A stretch of DNA of 64,000 nt from contig JACPAM010000109.1 in NCBI GenBank assembly GCA_016180805.1, positions 734-64,733 of the forward strand, given 5' to 3'. Below the pieces are notes generated by a model. It did no database searches. It worked only from the letters and a program-made list of their open reading frames with translations, and was not told the DNA's origin. Below are positions 1-8,552 of this stretch, piece by piece (position 1 is the first letter of the stretch; each line of letters starts with the position of its first letter). The DNA is from Deltaproteobacteria bacterium (lineage in GTDB: Bacteria > Desulfobacterota > Binatia > UBA9968). The position numbers were made by a program, and so were the translations under genes.

Positions 1-115
1 ACCCGCCGGAAACCGCCGGCGGAAACTTTGATCTTGCGAGGCAACTCAAATAAGACGGTTTCCGGTCGAGTTAATCCTGTGGTTAGGCCCCTGCATCACG
101 GTCATTCACCCACTT

Positions 116-760
116 TCAAACATTGAAGCCAGGGTGCGTATCGAAGTTGCTGTTGATGATGTTGTTCGCACGTTGCGTAGCCTGAGTTCTCATGGCAACC
201 GAGGTACTCGTTCCGGCGGCAGCGAACCACGCGAGCCAGCACACCTCCCACCGCCACGCGCCGTTGTAGCCCCAGCTCGAGTCGTTGTTGCCGCTGTCGT
301 GACCCTTGCCGTCAGCGTGCCGAGCTTCGTGAATCAATGTCCCAGCGCGCATGCTCACCCCCCAACCGTAGAAGTAAGTCAGGTAGAGCTCTGTGCGGTT
401 GTCGATGATCGGACCCCACCAGGTGTAGGCAATGAACGCGCCGCTCCCGCAGCGGGCATCGAGCTCATCAATTGCATTGCGGGCGAATCGGCAGCCCCAC
501 TCCAGGATGTTGGAGCTATAAGACTCACTTGGAAAGTTGGGAGAAGAGTAGGTCAGGCACCAAATCCCAGAAAGGGTCCGGCAGAGCGGGCGGGTGTTGT
601 CGCATACCTGGTCGTACCCGAATCCATCGTCCCAATCGCCTTTGTCGAAGTCGAAAGCTTCCCATGCCCAATCAATAAACGGTTGCCAGCAGATTCGTGG
701 AGCGTACAGGTTATCACCTGAAGTGTCGAGATTAGGGACAGAAGCAGTACATGTAGCCAT
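116..760 (-). CDS. hypothetical Trp-rich protein with HExxH motif (LIHEARH); no signal peptide evident
   Basis: 214-aa ORF immediately downstream of the 764..1477 ORF (3-bp gap), suggesting one operon. HEARH zinc-metalloprotease-like motif and many Trp/Gly/Asp residues. No family recognised. Confidence 0.4.
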   Translation of the reverse strand: MATCTASVPNLDTSGDNLYAPRICWQPFIDWAWEAFDFDKGDWDDGFGYDQVCDNTRPLCRTLSGIWCLTYSSPNFPSESYSSNILEWGCRFARNAIDELDARCGSGAFIAYTWWGPIIDNRTELYLTYFYGWGVSMRAGTLIHEARHADGKGHDSGNNDSSWGYNGAWRWEVCWLAWFAAAGTSTSVAMRTQATQRANNIINSNFDTHPGFNV

Positions 761-763
761 AGG

Positions 764-1477
764 TCAACCCTCCTGTTCGCCTTGACATTTCGTGTTGGGA
801 GACGTGGAAAGAGACGCCCTTTTGGGAGGGGCGAATCCATGCGCGGCAGCATCGCCACGCTCGGGCTCGGCATGGAGCTCGTCGGCTCGCGCGCGGCGAA
901 TATCGAGAATCCAGTGATCGTCCTTCGGCAAGATTTCCGCAACCTTGTCTTTGAGCCCGAGGGCAGTGGCAGCCTTTACCGCTTCTATCAGGATCGACCG
1001 GGCCGGAGGTTTGGAAACGACCTTCAGTACATGCTCTGCGACGTTCGGATGTCGGGTCGCAATTCGCTGGAGCGCTTCCACTGCCATGGTCCGTACCAGG
1101 ATCTCACCATCGCGCGGCCCCTCGCAGCCTCGGTCCTTCTGCTCTTCAGGCAGCCGCTCTATGGAGCAATCAACCAGAAAGGCAGCGGCTGTCGGATTGC
1201 CCGTGTCGCCCAACATGTACAATAGACTCCAGCGAAGTAAAACATCCGCCGACGGAACGCGCCGGATCAGTCCGACGAGGGTCTCCACTGCGTCCTTCTT
1301 GTCTCGAAGCAACTCGCCGACGCGTTTGTAGGCGAGCTCCCCCTCTTTGTCCGACGTGTTCAGGTAGCGCACGCCCTGGCCGATCAGCCACGCAGTCGCT
1401 GACAGATCGAATGGACGATCGCCTGAAATCACTTCAAGACTGTCACCGCGGTGCCTCGGTTGTTCTTGATGTGCCAT
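764..1477 (-). CDS. hypothetical helical-repeat (HEAT-like) protein
   Basis: 237-aa ORF, tightly linked upstream partner of 116..760. No recognisable catalytic motifs. Confidence 0.4.
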   Translation of the reverse strand: MAHQEQPRHRGDSLEVISGDRPFDLSATAWLIGQGVRYLNTSDKEGELAYKRVGELLRDKKDAVETLVGLIRRVPSADVLLRWSLLYMLGDTGNPTAAAFLVDCSIERLPEEQKDRGCEGPRDGEILVRTMAVEALQRIATRHPNVAEHVLKVVSKPPARSILIEAVKAATALGLKDKVAEILPKDDHWILDIRRARADELHAEPERGDAAAHGFAPPKRASLSTSPNTKCQGEQEG

Positions 1478-1657
1478 CTCATTACTCCTTTCTTATCGCC
1501 TAACTATTAAGTGAGCTGTGAATTAGCCGGCAAGGAAACTGCGGGCTATCTCGCCGGACCCACGACCTCGATTTGTTAAAAATCATCGGCATGATTCAAC
1601 CGTTACTAAGCCCCCACAAAATTGTCTCGCCCCGTCATAGCCAGCGGGTCTCGCTGG

Positions 1658-1972
1658 CTATGCGGCTATCAGCCCGCAGGCTATGCAGCCTCCCAACTCA
1701 ATCAGAGCCGATCCGCAGGGCTTAAAACCCCGCGGCCTCCTCGATTCAAAACGTGGGTGTAAATCATGGTTGGTGGACAAGTCTATGTCCTTCACCCTGA
1801 GGCGAAGGCATTCCATCAGGCGAAGACCAGCCCCATAGAGGAGCATCGCCATAATCCAGTCCAGCCCTTGAAGCTGGCCGAGAATAGAGCGGACCTCCTC
1901 GTGTGTCAACACCACTGGTAGCCGACGGGCTCTTTTAGCCCCGATCCGAAATAAATTCTGGCCCCTACATGA
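1658..1972 (-). pseudogene. degenerate integron-integrase-like (IntI-family) tyrosine recombinase remnant
   Basis: Minus-strand frame translates [58 protein letters not shown], closely matching the [13 protein letters not shown]....LLYGTGMR..E.L.LRVKDLD block of IntI1. An in-frame TGA (1973-1975) truncates the N-terminal side at the border of a palindromic element. The sequence after VKDIDL shows no integrase similarity. Confidence 0.6.
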
Positions 1973-1980
1973 TCAACTTC

Positions 1981-2014
1981 CCTCTCCCGTCGCGGGAGAG
2001 GGCGAGGGTGAGGG
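1981..2014 (+). repeat. REP-like GC-rich palindromic element (CCTCTCCCG-tcg-CGGGAGAGG followed by GCGAGGGTGAGGG), copy 1
   Basis: Perfect 9-bp inverted repeat seen directly. Near-identical element at 55411-55463. Abuts the stop that truncates the integrase remnant. Confidence 0.6.
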
Positions 2015-2196
2015 CAAATTCCATGCGCACCACCACGAACGACTCCCTGTACGTAGCCAACGTTTTTGAACAAGACCTCGTGGTACAGAAACAAAAGAGG
2101 CCGGATCTCACTTACAGGAACTCGAGAAAGAAGGTTTCTTCGCCGAAATGGCGAAAAAATATCCGACCAAGGGATAAGCCCTCCCAGTGATAGTGG

Positions 2197-4338
2197 CTAG
2201 CCCAACCCCGCAGAACCTGCGCCGCGTTGTGTCCGGGTTTCGCTGACGTCAAAGAGGATGCCGCAGCCGGGACAAATGGACTTGCGGAGCACGAAGTCCG
2301 GGCTGTCTCCCTGCCAGCGCAGGGCGAGCCACGGGCCTGCTTCCGACAGAGGAGCATGGTGGATTAAGATTTCGCTGCATATGCGATGGCAGGATCGACA
2401 GCGAAGCACGCGGCGGCCGTCCAGGCTGATCCGCTCCAGGTATTCGCCAATCCGCTCCGCTTTGTCCCCGCCGTCGCTTCCCGGCGGGAGCGGAGCCGCG
2501 GAGGATTGGCTGCCCGCCAGGCGGTCGTGAATCATCGTTTCCCGCAAGCGCTTCGTCGCTTCGGCATCGACCTCGAGATTGTCCTGAAGCACCACCCCGT
2601 AGCGCCGGCGCGCCGACTCGGGGCTGACCCGACCGTTTCGCACATCGTCCTGGACCAGCCGCGTGTCCCGCCGCAGCGGGTCGCCGTAGCCGCCACCTCC
2701 CGGAGAGTAAAAGACGAAGACATCATCAGGGCCCAGAATCCCGTCCGACTTGCTGAGAAGGTGTTCCACCGTGCCGCCAAAGTCCTCATAGCTTTCCGCC
2801 TTTTGGCCAGAGGAAAGGATCTCGCGGATCCGACTCCCCCGGATGACTGTGGCCTGGGAGCCTGACCCCGGGTAGCCCCCGTCAATCCCGGCTGCATTGG
2901 ACTGGTTGGTCCCCGCCGTGTTGAAGTTTTTGAAGATGAGCCGCTCAGTGCCGTAGGCTGTAAACGCGGTGATCAGCGAGAGGCCTCCGCGGAAGGCGCC
3001 TGGTCCTCCGGAGTCGATGAGCTGTTTGCGGAATACGTGGAGGATGGGCAGCTTCCATTCCTGGCTCTCCACATTGGCCATGAAGGAGAGAAACGAGGTG
3101 ACCATCCCCGCGTTGTCAAAACCATCGGCGAAAGAGCGAGCCCCGGCCCCTCCACCCCGGTGATCGGAGAGAAGCGCCCCCACCCTTTTGCCGCGTCGGT
3201 TGGTGGCGAAGACGTTGGTGCCGTTGCTCGACACCGTCCAGGAGGGACAGACGCGGTCGCGGTATTTTTCTGAGGCGGACAGCATCTTGGCGAGGACCCG
3301 CATAGAGGCCACCGTAGCCAGCCAGCGAAACCCCAGGGTACAGATGCTCACCGCGGCCGGATAGCGGGCGTTCATCACGGTGCCCTCAGGGGCCTCCACA
3401 TGGACGACCCGCTTGAGGCCGCTGTTCCAGTCGATTTCGCCGTTACAGATAAACGTATAGATGGGTACGGCCGTACCGGCATAGCAGGCGTGGTAGGTTG
3501 AATTGACGCCTCCCTCCACCTGGGCGTCGCTGCCGGTGTAGTCAAAAAAAAGCTCCTCCCCGCGCTTCTCCAAGCGCAGGAAGACCCGGTGAAGCTCGGT
3601 ACACCCGCGCTTGTCCCCGTCCATGTAAACTTCCGTCTCCCAGGCGCCGTCAGGGATCTCGGCGAAGCGCTGGCGGAGCTTCTCCTCGGTGTAATCCACG
3701 GAGCGCTCCATGACTTCCAGGACCGTCTCGACCCCCTTTTCGCGCAAGAGCTCTGTGAGGCGGTTCTTGACCACGTGTAACGCTCCCACTTGAGCCCTGA
3801 GGTCAAGCGCGACCGTATCGGGGAGCCTTGAGTTTCGCATGAAGGTGTACTCTACGTCGCGCTGTAGCCGCCCATTGTCCACGACCTTCAGAAAGTAGAG
3901 AGGAGGCTCCTGGTAAATATTCACGGCGTTGATGCAGAAGCTCCCCTCATCAATTCCACCCACGTCGGCGTGGTGCAGGACATTGCCCACCCACATGACA
4001 AGCTCCCCTTCATAAAAAAGAGGGCTCGCCACGACGAGATCGTTCTGGTGCAGCGCTCCCAGATAGGGGTCATTCGTTAGGTAGGCATCGCCGTCCTCAA
4101 ACTCCTTGGCCATGGAGATGATGCTCTTGATAGTGGTGTCTATGGTGGTCACGTGAACCAGCGAGCCGGGCCCGGGAATGACCAAGTCCCCGTGCCGGGT
4201 GAACAGACCCGTGTTGAAGTCGTTGCCCTCGACGACGATCGGGGAGGCGGAAACGGTGCGGATCGTAACTGCCTGCTCGTCGTTAATTTGCCAGAGCCGG
4301 TGCTTAATGACCTCAAAGGTGATGGGATCTAGCTGCAA
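2197..4338 (-). CDS. hyuB: hydantoinase B / 5-oxoprolinase family protein (HyuB / acetone-carboxylase alpha-like), Cys-rich C-terminus
   Basis: 713 aa with a family-typical length and sequence profile, and a C-terminal CxxC...CxxC cluster. Directly downstream of the hydantoinase A gene (11-bp gap). Confidence 0.8.
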   Translation of the reverse strand: MQLDPITFEVIKHRLWQINDEQAVTIRTVSASPIVVEGNDFNTGLFTRHGDLVIPGPGSLVHVTTIDTTIKSIISMAKEFEDGDAYLTNDPYLGALHQNDLVVASPLFYEGELVMWVGNVLHHADVGGIDEGSFCINAVNIYQEPPLYFLKVVDNGRLQRDVEYTFMRNSRLPDTVALDLRAQVGALHVVKNRLTELLREKGVETVLEVMERSVDYTEEKLRQRFAEIPDGAWETEVYMDGDKRGCTELHRVFLRLEKRGEELFFDYTGSDAQVEGGVNSTYHACYAGTAVPIYTFICNGEIDWNSGLKRVVHVEAPEGTVMNARYPAAVSICTLGFRWLATVASMRVLAKMLSASEKYRDRVCPSWTVSSNGTNVFATNRRGKRVGALLSDHRGGGAGARSFADGFDNAGMVTSFLSFMANVESQEWKLPILHVFRKQLIDSGGPGAFRGGLSLITAFTAYGTERLIFKNFNTAGTNQSNAAGIDGGYPGSGSQATVIRGSRIREILSSGQKAESYEDFGGTVEHLLSKSDGILGPDDVFVFYSPGGGGYGDPLRRDTRLVQDDVRNGRVSPESARRRYGVVLQDNLEVDAEATKRLRETMIHDRLAGSQSSAAPLPPGSDGGDKAERIGEYLERISLDGRRVLRCRSCHRICSEILIHHAPLSEAGPWLALRWQGDSPDFVLRKSICPGCGILFDVSETRTQRGAGSAGLG

Positions 4339-4349
4339 GGCCTTTCCTC

Positions 4350-6509
4350 CTAAGGGCCGCCAGGATGGCTTTCGGAAAGACAGATATTCCGGTAGCCATC
4401 CAAGCGGGCGGAAAACGTCTCAGGGACAAAAAGGGTGGTATCCCGGCGCTCGATCAGTGCCGGACCCAAAACTCGCGCTCCGGGCCAAAGGCGCTCGCCA
4501 TCGTAAACCCGGCACACGATCTCTCGCTCTCCTCTCAGGGTAGCCCGGCGCTCCGATTTCAAGGCGGGCGAGGGATCTTCCGGACCCAATGCCTCCGGCT
4601 TCAACTCAGGCGCACAAGTAGGGCGCAGAGCCTCGAGCCGGAAAGTGATGATTTCGATGGGGGATTCTTTGCGGCTGGTACCCTGCCCGTATTTCCCTTC
4701 GTAGACCGACTCGAAGGCTTCCCGTAGACGCGCGATTCCCGCGGAGTCGATGGCTTCGCGGCTGCATTCGAGGGTCATCTCATGCATCTGGCCCTCGTAG
4801 CGCAGGTCAATCTTCCGGGTGAGGATCACCTGATCCCGGCTGAGGCCCGCGTAGGAGACATCAGCCCAGGCCCGCTCTTCAAGGTCCTGAAAGAGCCGCT
4901 CAAAGTGTTCGATCGTTCCCGGTTGCTCTTCCAGGGGGGTAGGTTCTGACTTCGCATACGTGTAGAGAATATCGGAAGTGGCCACCCCGAAGGCGGAAAA
5001 GACCGAGGCCGTGTAAGGCACCACGATCTGGCGAACGCCCAACGGACGGCTGAAAAGCGCGCAGTGAGCCGGCCCCGCCCCACCGTAGGCGAAAAGCACA
5101 AACTCCCTGGGATCGTAACCGCTCTCCACAGTGACCTTCCGTATCAAGTCGCTCATTTTCGCCGTCACGATCTCATAGATCCCCGCCGCAGCTTCCATGA
5201 GAGATAGCCCCAGAGGCCTGGCAACCTTTTCGGTGATGGCCTCCCGAGCCGCGACTGGATTGAGCCTCTTTCTTCCGCCGAAGAAATAGTCGGGGTCGAG
5301 AAACCCGAGCACTACCAGGGCATCGGTGACAGTGGGCTCCGTGCCGCCGTGCCCGTAACAAGCCGGCCCCGGTTGGGCTCCGGCGCTCTGGGGGCCTACG
5401 TGCAGCCGGCGCCCGTCGCTCCAGGCAATGCTGCCGCCCCCTGCCCCGATGGTCACGACGCGGACCGCCGGGATTTGCACAGGCACGCCCTGGCTGATAA
5501 ACGGGGTGTGCTCCTGCTCGAACTGTCCACGGTAAATGACCCCCACATCAAAGCTCGTCCCCCCCATGTCCGTTGTGATGACGTTGTCAAAGCCGAGGAT
5601 CTTTCCTAGCTGCCTGGCAGCCACAAGACCGCCCACGGGTCCGGAGTTGACCGTAGCCGCCGCTTCCCGCTTCATTTGCTCGGGCAGGGTGAGACCGCCG
5701 GAGCACTTCATGATCTGTACGGGCCGCGTGAGTCCCTCCTGGGCCAGATTCTCCTGAAGCCTGGCGGTATACCGGCTCATGACTGGGCTCAAAAAAGCGT
5801 TCACCACCGTGGTCATACTGCGCTCGAACTCCCCAAGAAGCGGCGACACTTCGCAGGAAAGGTTCACAATCCAGCGGGAGTTGATCTGTCGGGCCATTTC
5901 CCCGAGACGGCGCTCGTGGGTCTCATTGCGGAAGGACCACAGGAGGCAGATAGCCAGGCTCTCGACTCCCCGTTCGGCAAGTTCCTCCAGAGCGGCCCGG
6001 GCGCTTTCCTCGTGTAATGGGGTGACAATCCGGCCGTCCACCCCTACCCGTTCCACGACCCCGCGGATCAGCTCTTTGGGAACAAGGGGCCGGGGCCTCT
6101 CCGTGTGGATGAAGTCCATGGCCTGGCTCACAGGGATGCCAAGATTGCGACCCATAGGGCCACGGCCGACGATAATCACGTCCTCGAACCCTCGGGTGGT
6201 GACCAGCCCCACCCGGGCTCCCCGCTGCTGGATCAAGGCATTAGTGCCGACAGTGGTGCCGTGGCAGAACTGCTCGACCCGACCGAGAACTTCCGAGAGG
6301 GGTCGCTCCACGCCCTCCATGCAGTTCTGCAGTGCGGCGCTCACACCTCGAGAGGGGTCTTCGGGCGTGGAGAGGGCCTTGTCAAACGTGAGCCTGCCGC
6401 GGTCATCGAGCAGTACCACGTCCGTGAAGGTCCCTCCGGTATCGACTCCGATAAACACTCTCACGATCCTTTCCCCATCCTTAAAACGAATGGGTTCTTC
6501 GAACGACAC
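4350..6509 (-). CDS. hyuA: hydantoinase A / 5-oxoprolinase family protein (HyuA-like)
   Basis: 719 aa. N-terminal GVDTGGTFTD motif typical of the hydantoinase/oxoprolinase N-terminal domain. Operon partner of hyuB. Confidence 0.85.
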   Translation of the reverse strand: MSFEEPIRFKDGERIVRVFIGVDTGGTFTDVVLLDDRGRLTFDKALSTPEDPSRGVSAALQNCMEGVERPLSEVLGRVEQFCHGTTVGTNALIQQRGARVGLVTTRGFEDVIIVGRGPMGRNLGIPVSQAMDFIHTERPRPLVPKELIRGVVERVGVDGRIVTPLHEESARAALEELAERGVESLAICLLWSFRNETHERRLGEMARQINSRWIVNLSCEVSPLLGEFERSMTTVVNAFLSPVMSRYTARLQENLAQEGLTRPVQIMKCSGGLTLPEQMKREAAATVNSGPVGGLVAARQLGKILGFDNVITTDMGGTSFDVGVIYRGQFEQEHTPFISQGVPVQIPAVRVVTIGAGGGSIAWSDGRRLHVGPQSAGAQPGPACYGHGGTEPTVTDALVVLGFLDPDYFFGGRKRLNPVAAREAITEKVARPLGLSLMEAAAGIYEIVTAKMSDLIRKVTVESGYDPREFVLFAYGGAGPAHCALFSRPLGVRQIVVPYTASVFSAFGVATSDILYTYAKSEPTPLEEQPGTIEHFERLFQDLEERAWADVSYAGLSRDQVILTRKIDLRYEGQMHEMTLECSREAIDSAGIARLREAFESVYEGKYGQGTSRKESPIEIITFRLEALRPTCAPELKPEALGPEDPSPALKSERRATLRGEREIVCRVYDGERLWPGARVLGPALIERRDTTLFVPETFSARLDGYRNICLSESHPGGP

Positions 6510-6574
6510 GTTGCGCTTGCGGCCCCTCCATCAGCTACGTTCAGCGGTCATTTCTGAAATCAAGAGCACAAGGG

Positions 6575-7615
6575 CTACTGGCAAATCTCTTTCAGGCGCC
6601 CTTCATGCGCGGCGGTCCAGATGCCAACTTCCTTGTAGAATTTGATCGCGCCCGGATGGTAGGGAACCGTAAAGTTGGTAATCGCCTGGGTCTCCTTGGT
6701 CCACCTTTTAAATAGCGGGTGCTTGGTTTGAAGCTCGGCAAGGTTTTCCCACCAGACTTTTACCAAAGAATAAACGGTCCGTTCGCTTACTTTCGTGGAC
6801 GTAACGAGATGAAGCGGATACCCTACGACATAGGTATCCCCCTTTATGCCGGTCGCCGGCGTGGACTTCACTACCAAGGCTCCGTATCTGGCCAGAATAG
6901 CATTGGCTGCGTCAGTATTCGGCAAGCTTAGGAATCGAATCGGCTCCTTTGCATTTGCCTCTTCAACGATACCGATGCCGGGGCCCGTTTGCGCGGCGTC
7001 TATCCTGCCTTCCGCAACCGCCCTCACGCCATCGGGGATGTTTGAAACCCGCACCTGGATGATTTCCGTCGGCTGAACTCCGGTGATCTCCAACATCGCA
7101 GTCTGCCAAATCTGGGTAATCGCATGGCCACCGTAATCCCAGGCCATCCGCTTCCCCTTGAGATCCTTGAATTGCTTAATGTCCGACTTGTCACGGACAA
7201 GGATCGCCACTGTGAACGGGAAAACCCCTCCGGACACCACACGGAGGCCGGGACTCGGCTTCTCGTAGTTACCAGTGCCCGTTTGCGCCATATAGGCATC
7301 GAGGATGTTCATGATGCCAAACTCGATCTCTCCGTTGTGAAGCAACGGAATCCAGGCATTGGGACCGCTGTAAGGCTGGACCCTCACAGAAATGGGCGTC
7401 GCTTTGCTGCCGACCACCGCTAGCCCGCTGCCCAGCGAGTGCGACCCGGTGCCTGCGGGAGGCGTCCCGATCGCCGCGGTGCGGGGGAGATCCTGGCTCG
7501 TATTCGTGACCGGATCGCAGTCGAGCTTGGCCGCCGTCACGGGCGCCGCAAGATAGAGAAAAAGCCCAACCCACATTAACACGAGCCTCCCCATACGACA
7601 CTGCTTCGCCTTCAT
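6575..7615 (-). CDS. TRAP transporter solute receptor, TAXI family (orphan binding protein)
   Basis: Family-typical sequence. Start moved to the internal ATG at 7615 (MKAKQ...), which is preceded by AAAGGAGGAG and followed by a hydrophobic signal peptide. No adjacent TRAP permease. Confidence 0.65.
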   Translation of the reverse strand: MKAKQCRMGRLVLMWVGLFLYLAAPVTAAKLDCDPVTNTSQDLPRTAAIGTPPAGTGSHSLGSGLAVVGSKATPISVRVQPYSGPNAWIPLLHNGEIEFGIMNILDAYMAQTGTGNYEKPSPGLRVVSGGVFPFTVAILVRDKSDIKQFKDLKGKRMAWDYGGHAITQIWQTAMLEITGVQPTEIIQVRVSNIPDGVRAVAEGRIDAAQTGPGIGIVEEANAKEPIRFLSLPNTDAANAILARYGALVVKSTPATGIKGDTYVVGYPLHLVTSTKVSERTVYSLVKVWWENLAELQTKHPLFKRWTKETQAITNFTVPYHPGAIKFYKEVGIWTAAHEGRLKEICQ

Positions 7616-7801
7616 GGCTCCTCCTTTGCCCTTTCCAACTGTTTGCATTGAGATGCCTTTTTTGGACAGAGAGTATCCGACAAGGTGCTTTTGTGTCAAC
7701 TTCGGCACGGCTTGCGGACAGAGCTAGACATTTTCTCCGCCTTGGGGTAATGGGGGATTAAACTAACGGAGTATAGGAACTGGAATGAGAGGTCTAGAAA
7801 G

Positions 7802-8447
7802 ATGGTGAACGACCAAGTGATGCGGTTGTACCCTGTGCCGGGCAAGATCGTGAAGGAATGGATCATCCCGGCCAGGGAATACTCAGCCTTCACCATGCGC
7901 CGGGGGCAAACGTTGCGCTTCGTCGACATGGAGGGCAAACAGGTGCCGGACCTGGTTTGCTTTAACGAGCATGATCTGACCGAGCACATCAACATGGGCA
8001 ACAGCCTCCTTCTCAACAAGCGGCGCGAGCTGAGACAGGGAGACGTGCTCTACTCGGTTATTTGTAATCCAATGATGACGATCGTGGGTTACTCCAACGA
8101 AGAAAGCTACGCCTACGGTCCCATGTGCAGCGAGGAACTAAATCGCATCCGCTACGGGGTGCCGGGCACGCGCAACTGCCGGGACAACTTCGCCATGGCG
8201 CTGGCTCCGTGGGGCTTCAACCAGCGGCAAATTCCCAACGCCTTTGTTCCGTTTATGCGAGTGGAGGTACGGGACCATGGAGATCAAAGAGCCGACCAGT
8301 TGTTCGGGCGACTTCTACGATCTCAGAGCCGAAATGGACTTGCTGGTGGCGGTCTCCAACTGCCCGCAGGAACGCAATCCATGCAATGGATTTAACCCCA
8401 CTGCGACGGGTATTATCATCTATGAGAGCAGTATGGGCGGTAGGTAG
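7802..8447 (+). pseudogene. DUF1989 / urea-carboxylase-associated family protein, frameshifted (+1 shift near 8270-8276 in a G-run)
   Basis: The N-terminal 150 aa (frame of 7802) and the C-terminal portion TMEIKEPTSCSGDFYDLRAEMDLLVAVSNCPQERNPCNGFNP (frame of 8244) both match DUF1989, but lie in different frames. Confidence 0.6.
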
Positions 8448-8552
8448 GGGCCGATCCTGATTCCTCGTAGGGTTCGTCCCGGTTAGTGTGCTCCCGAACG
8501 AGAAAAAAATCTTCAGTCCTTGACACTTCAAGATGCTGGGATTCCGTTGATG

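Noticed and set aside
1-40. GC hairpin CCGCCGG..CCGGCGG at the window start as a terminator for the 116..760 gene
   Set aside because: The flank beyond the window start is unseen, so a U-tract cannot be verified. Left unannotated.
1478-1660. Possible attC/attI recombination site near the integrase remnant (GCCTAAC at 1499; palindromes 1636-1662)
   Set aside because: No matching GTTRRRY core partner, and it lies at the wrong end relative to the integrase 5-prime side. The palindrome is noted only as an observation.
2112-2357. ORF 2112..2357(-) as the N-terminal part of the integrase
   Set aside because: No integrase similarity, and it overlaps the 3-prime end of hyuB.
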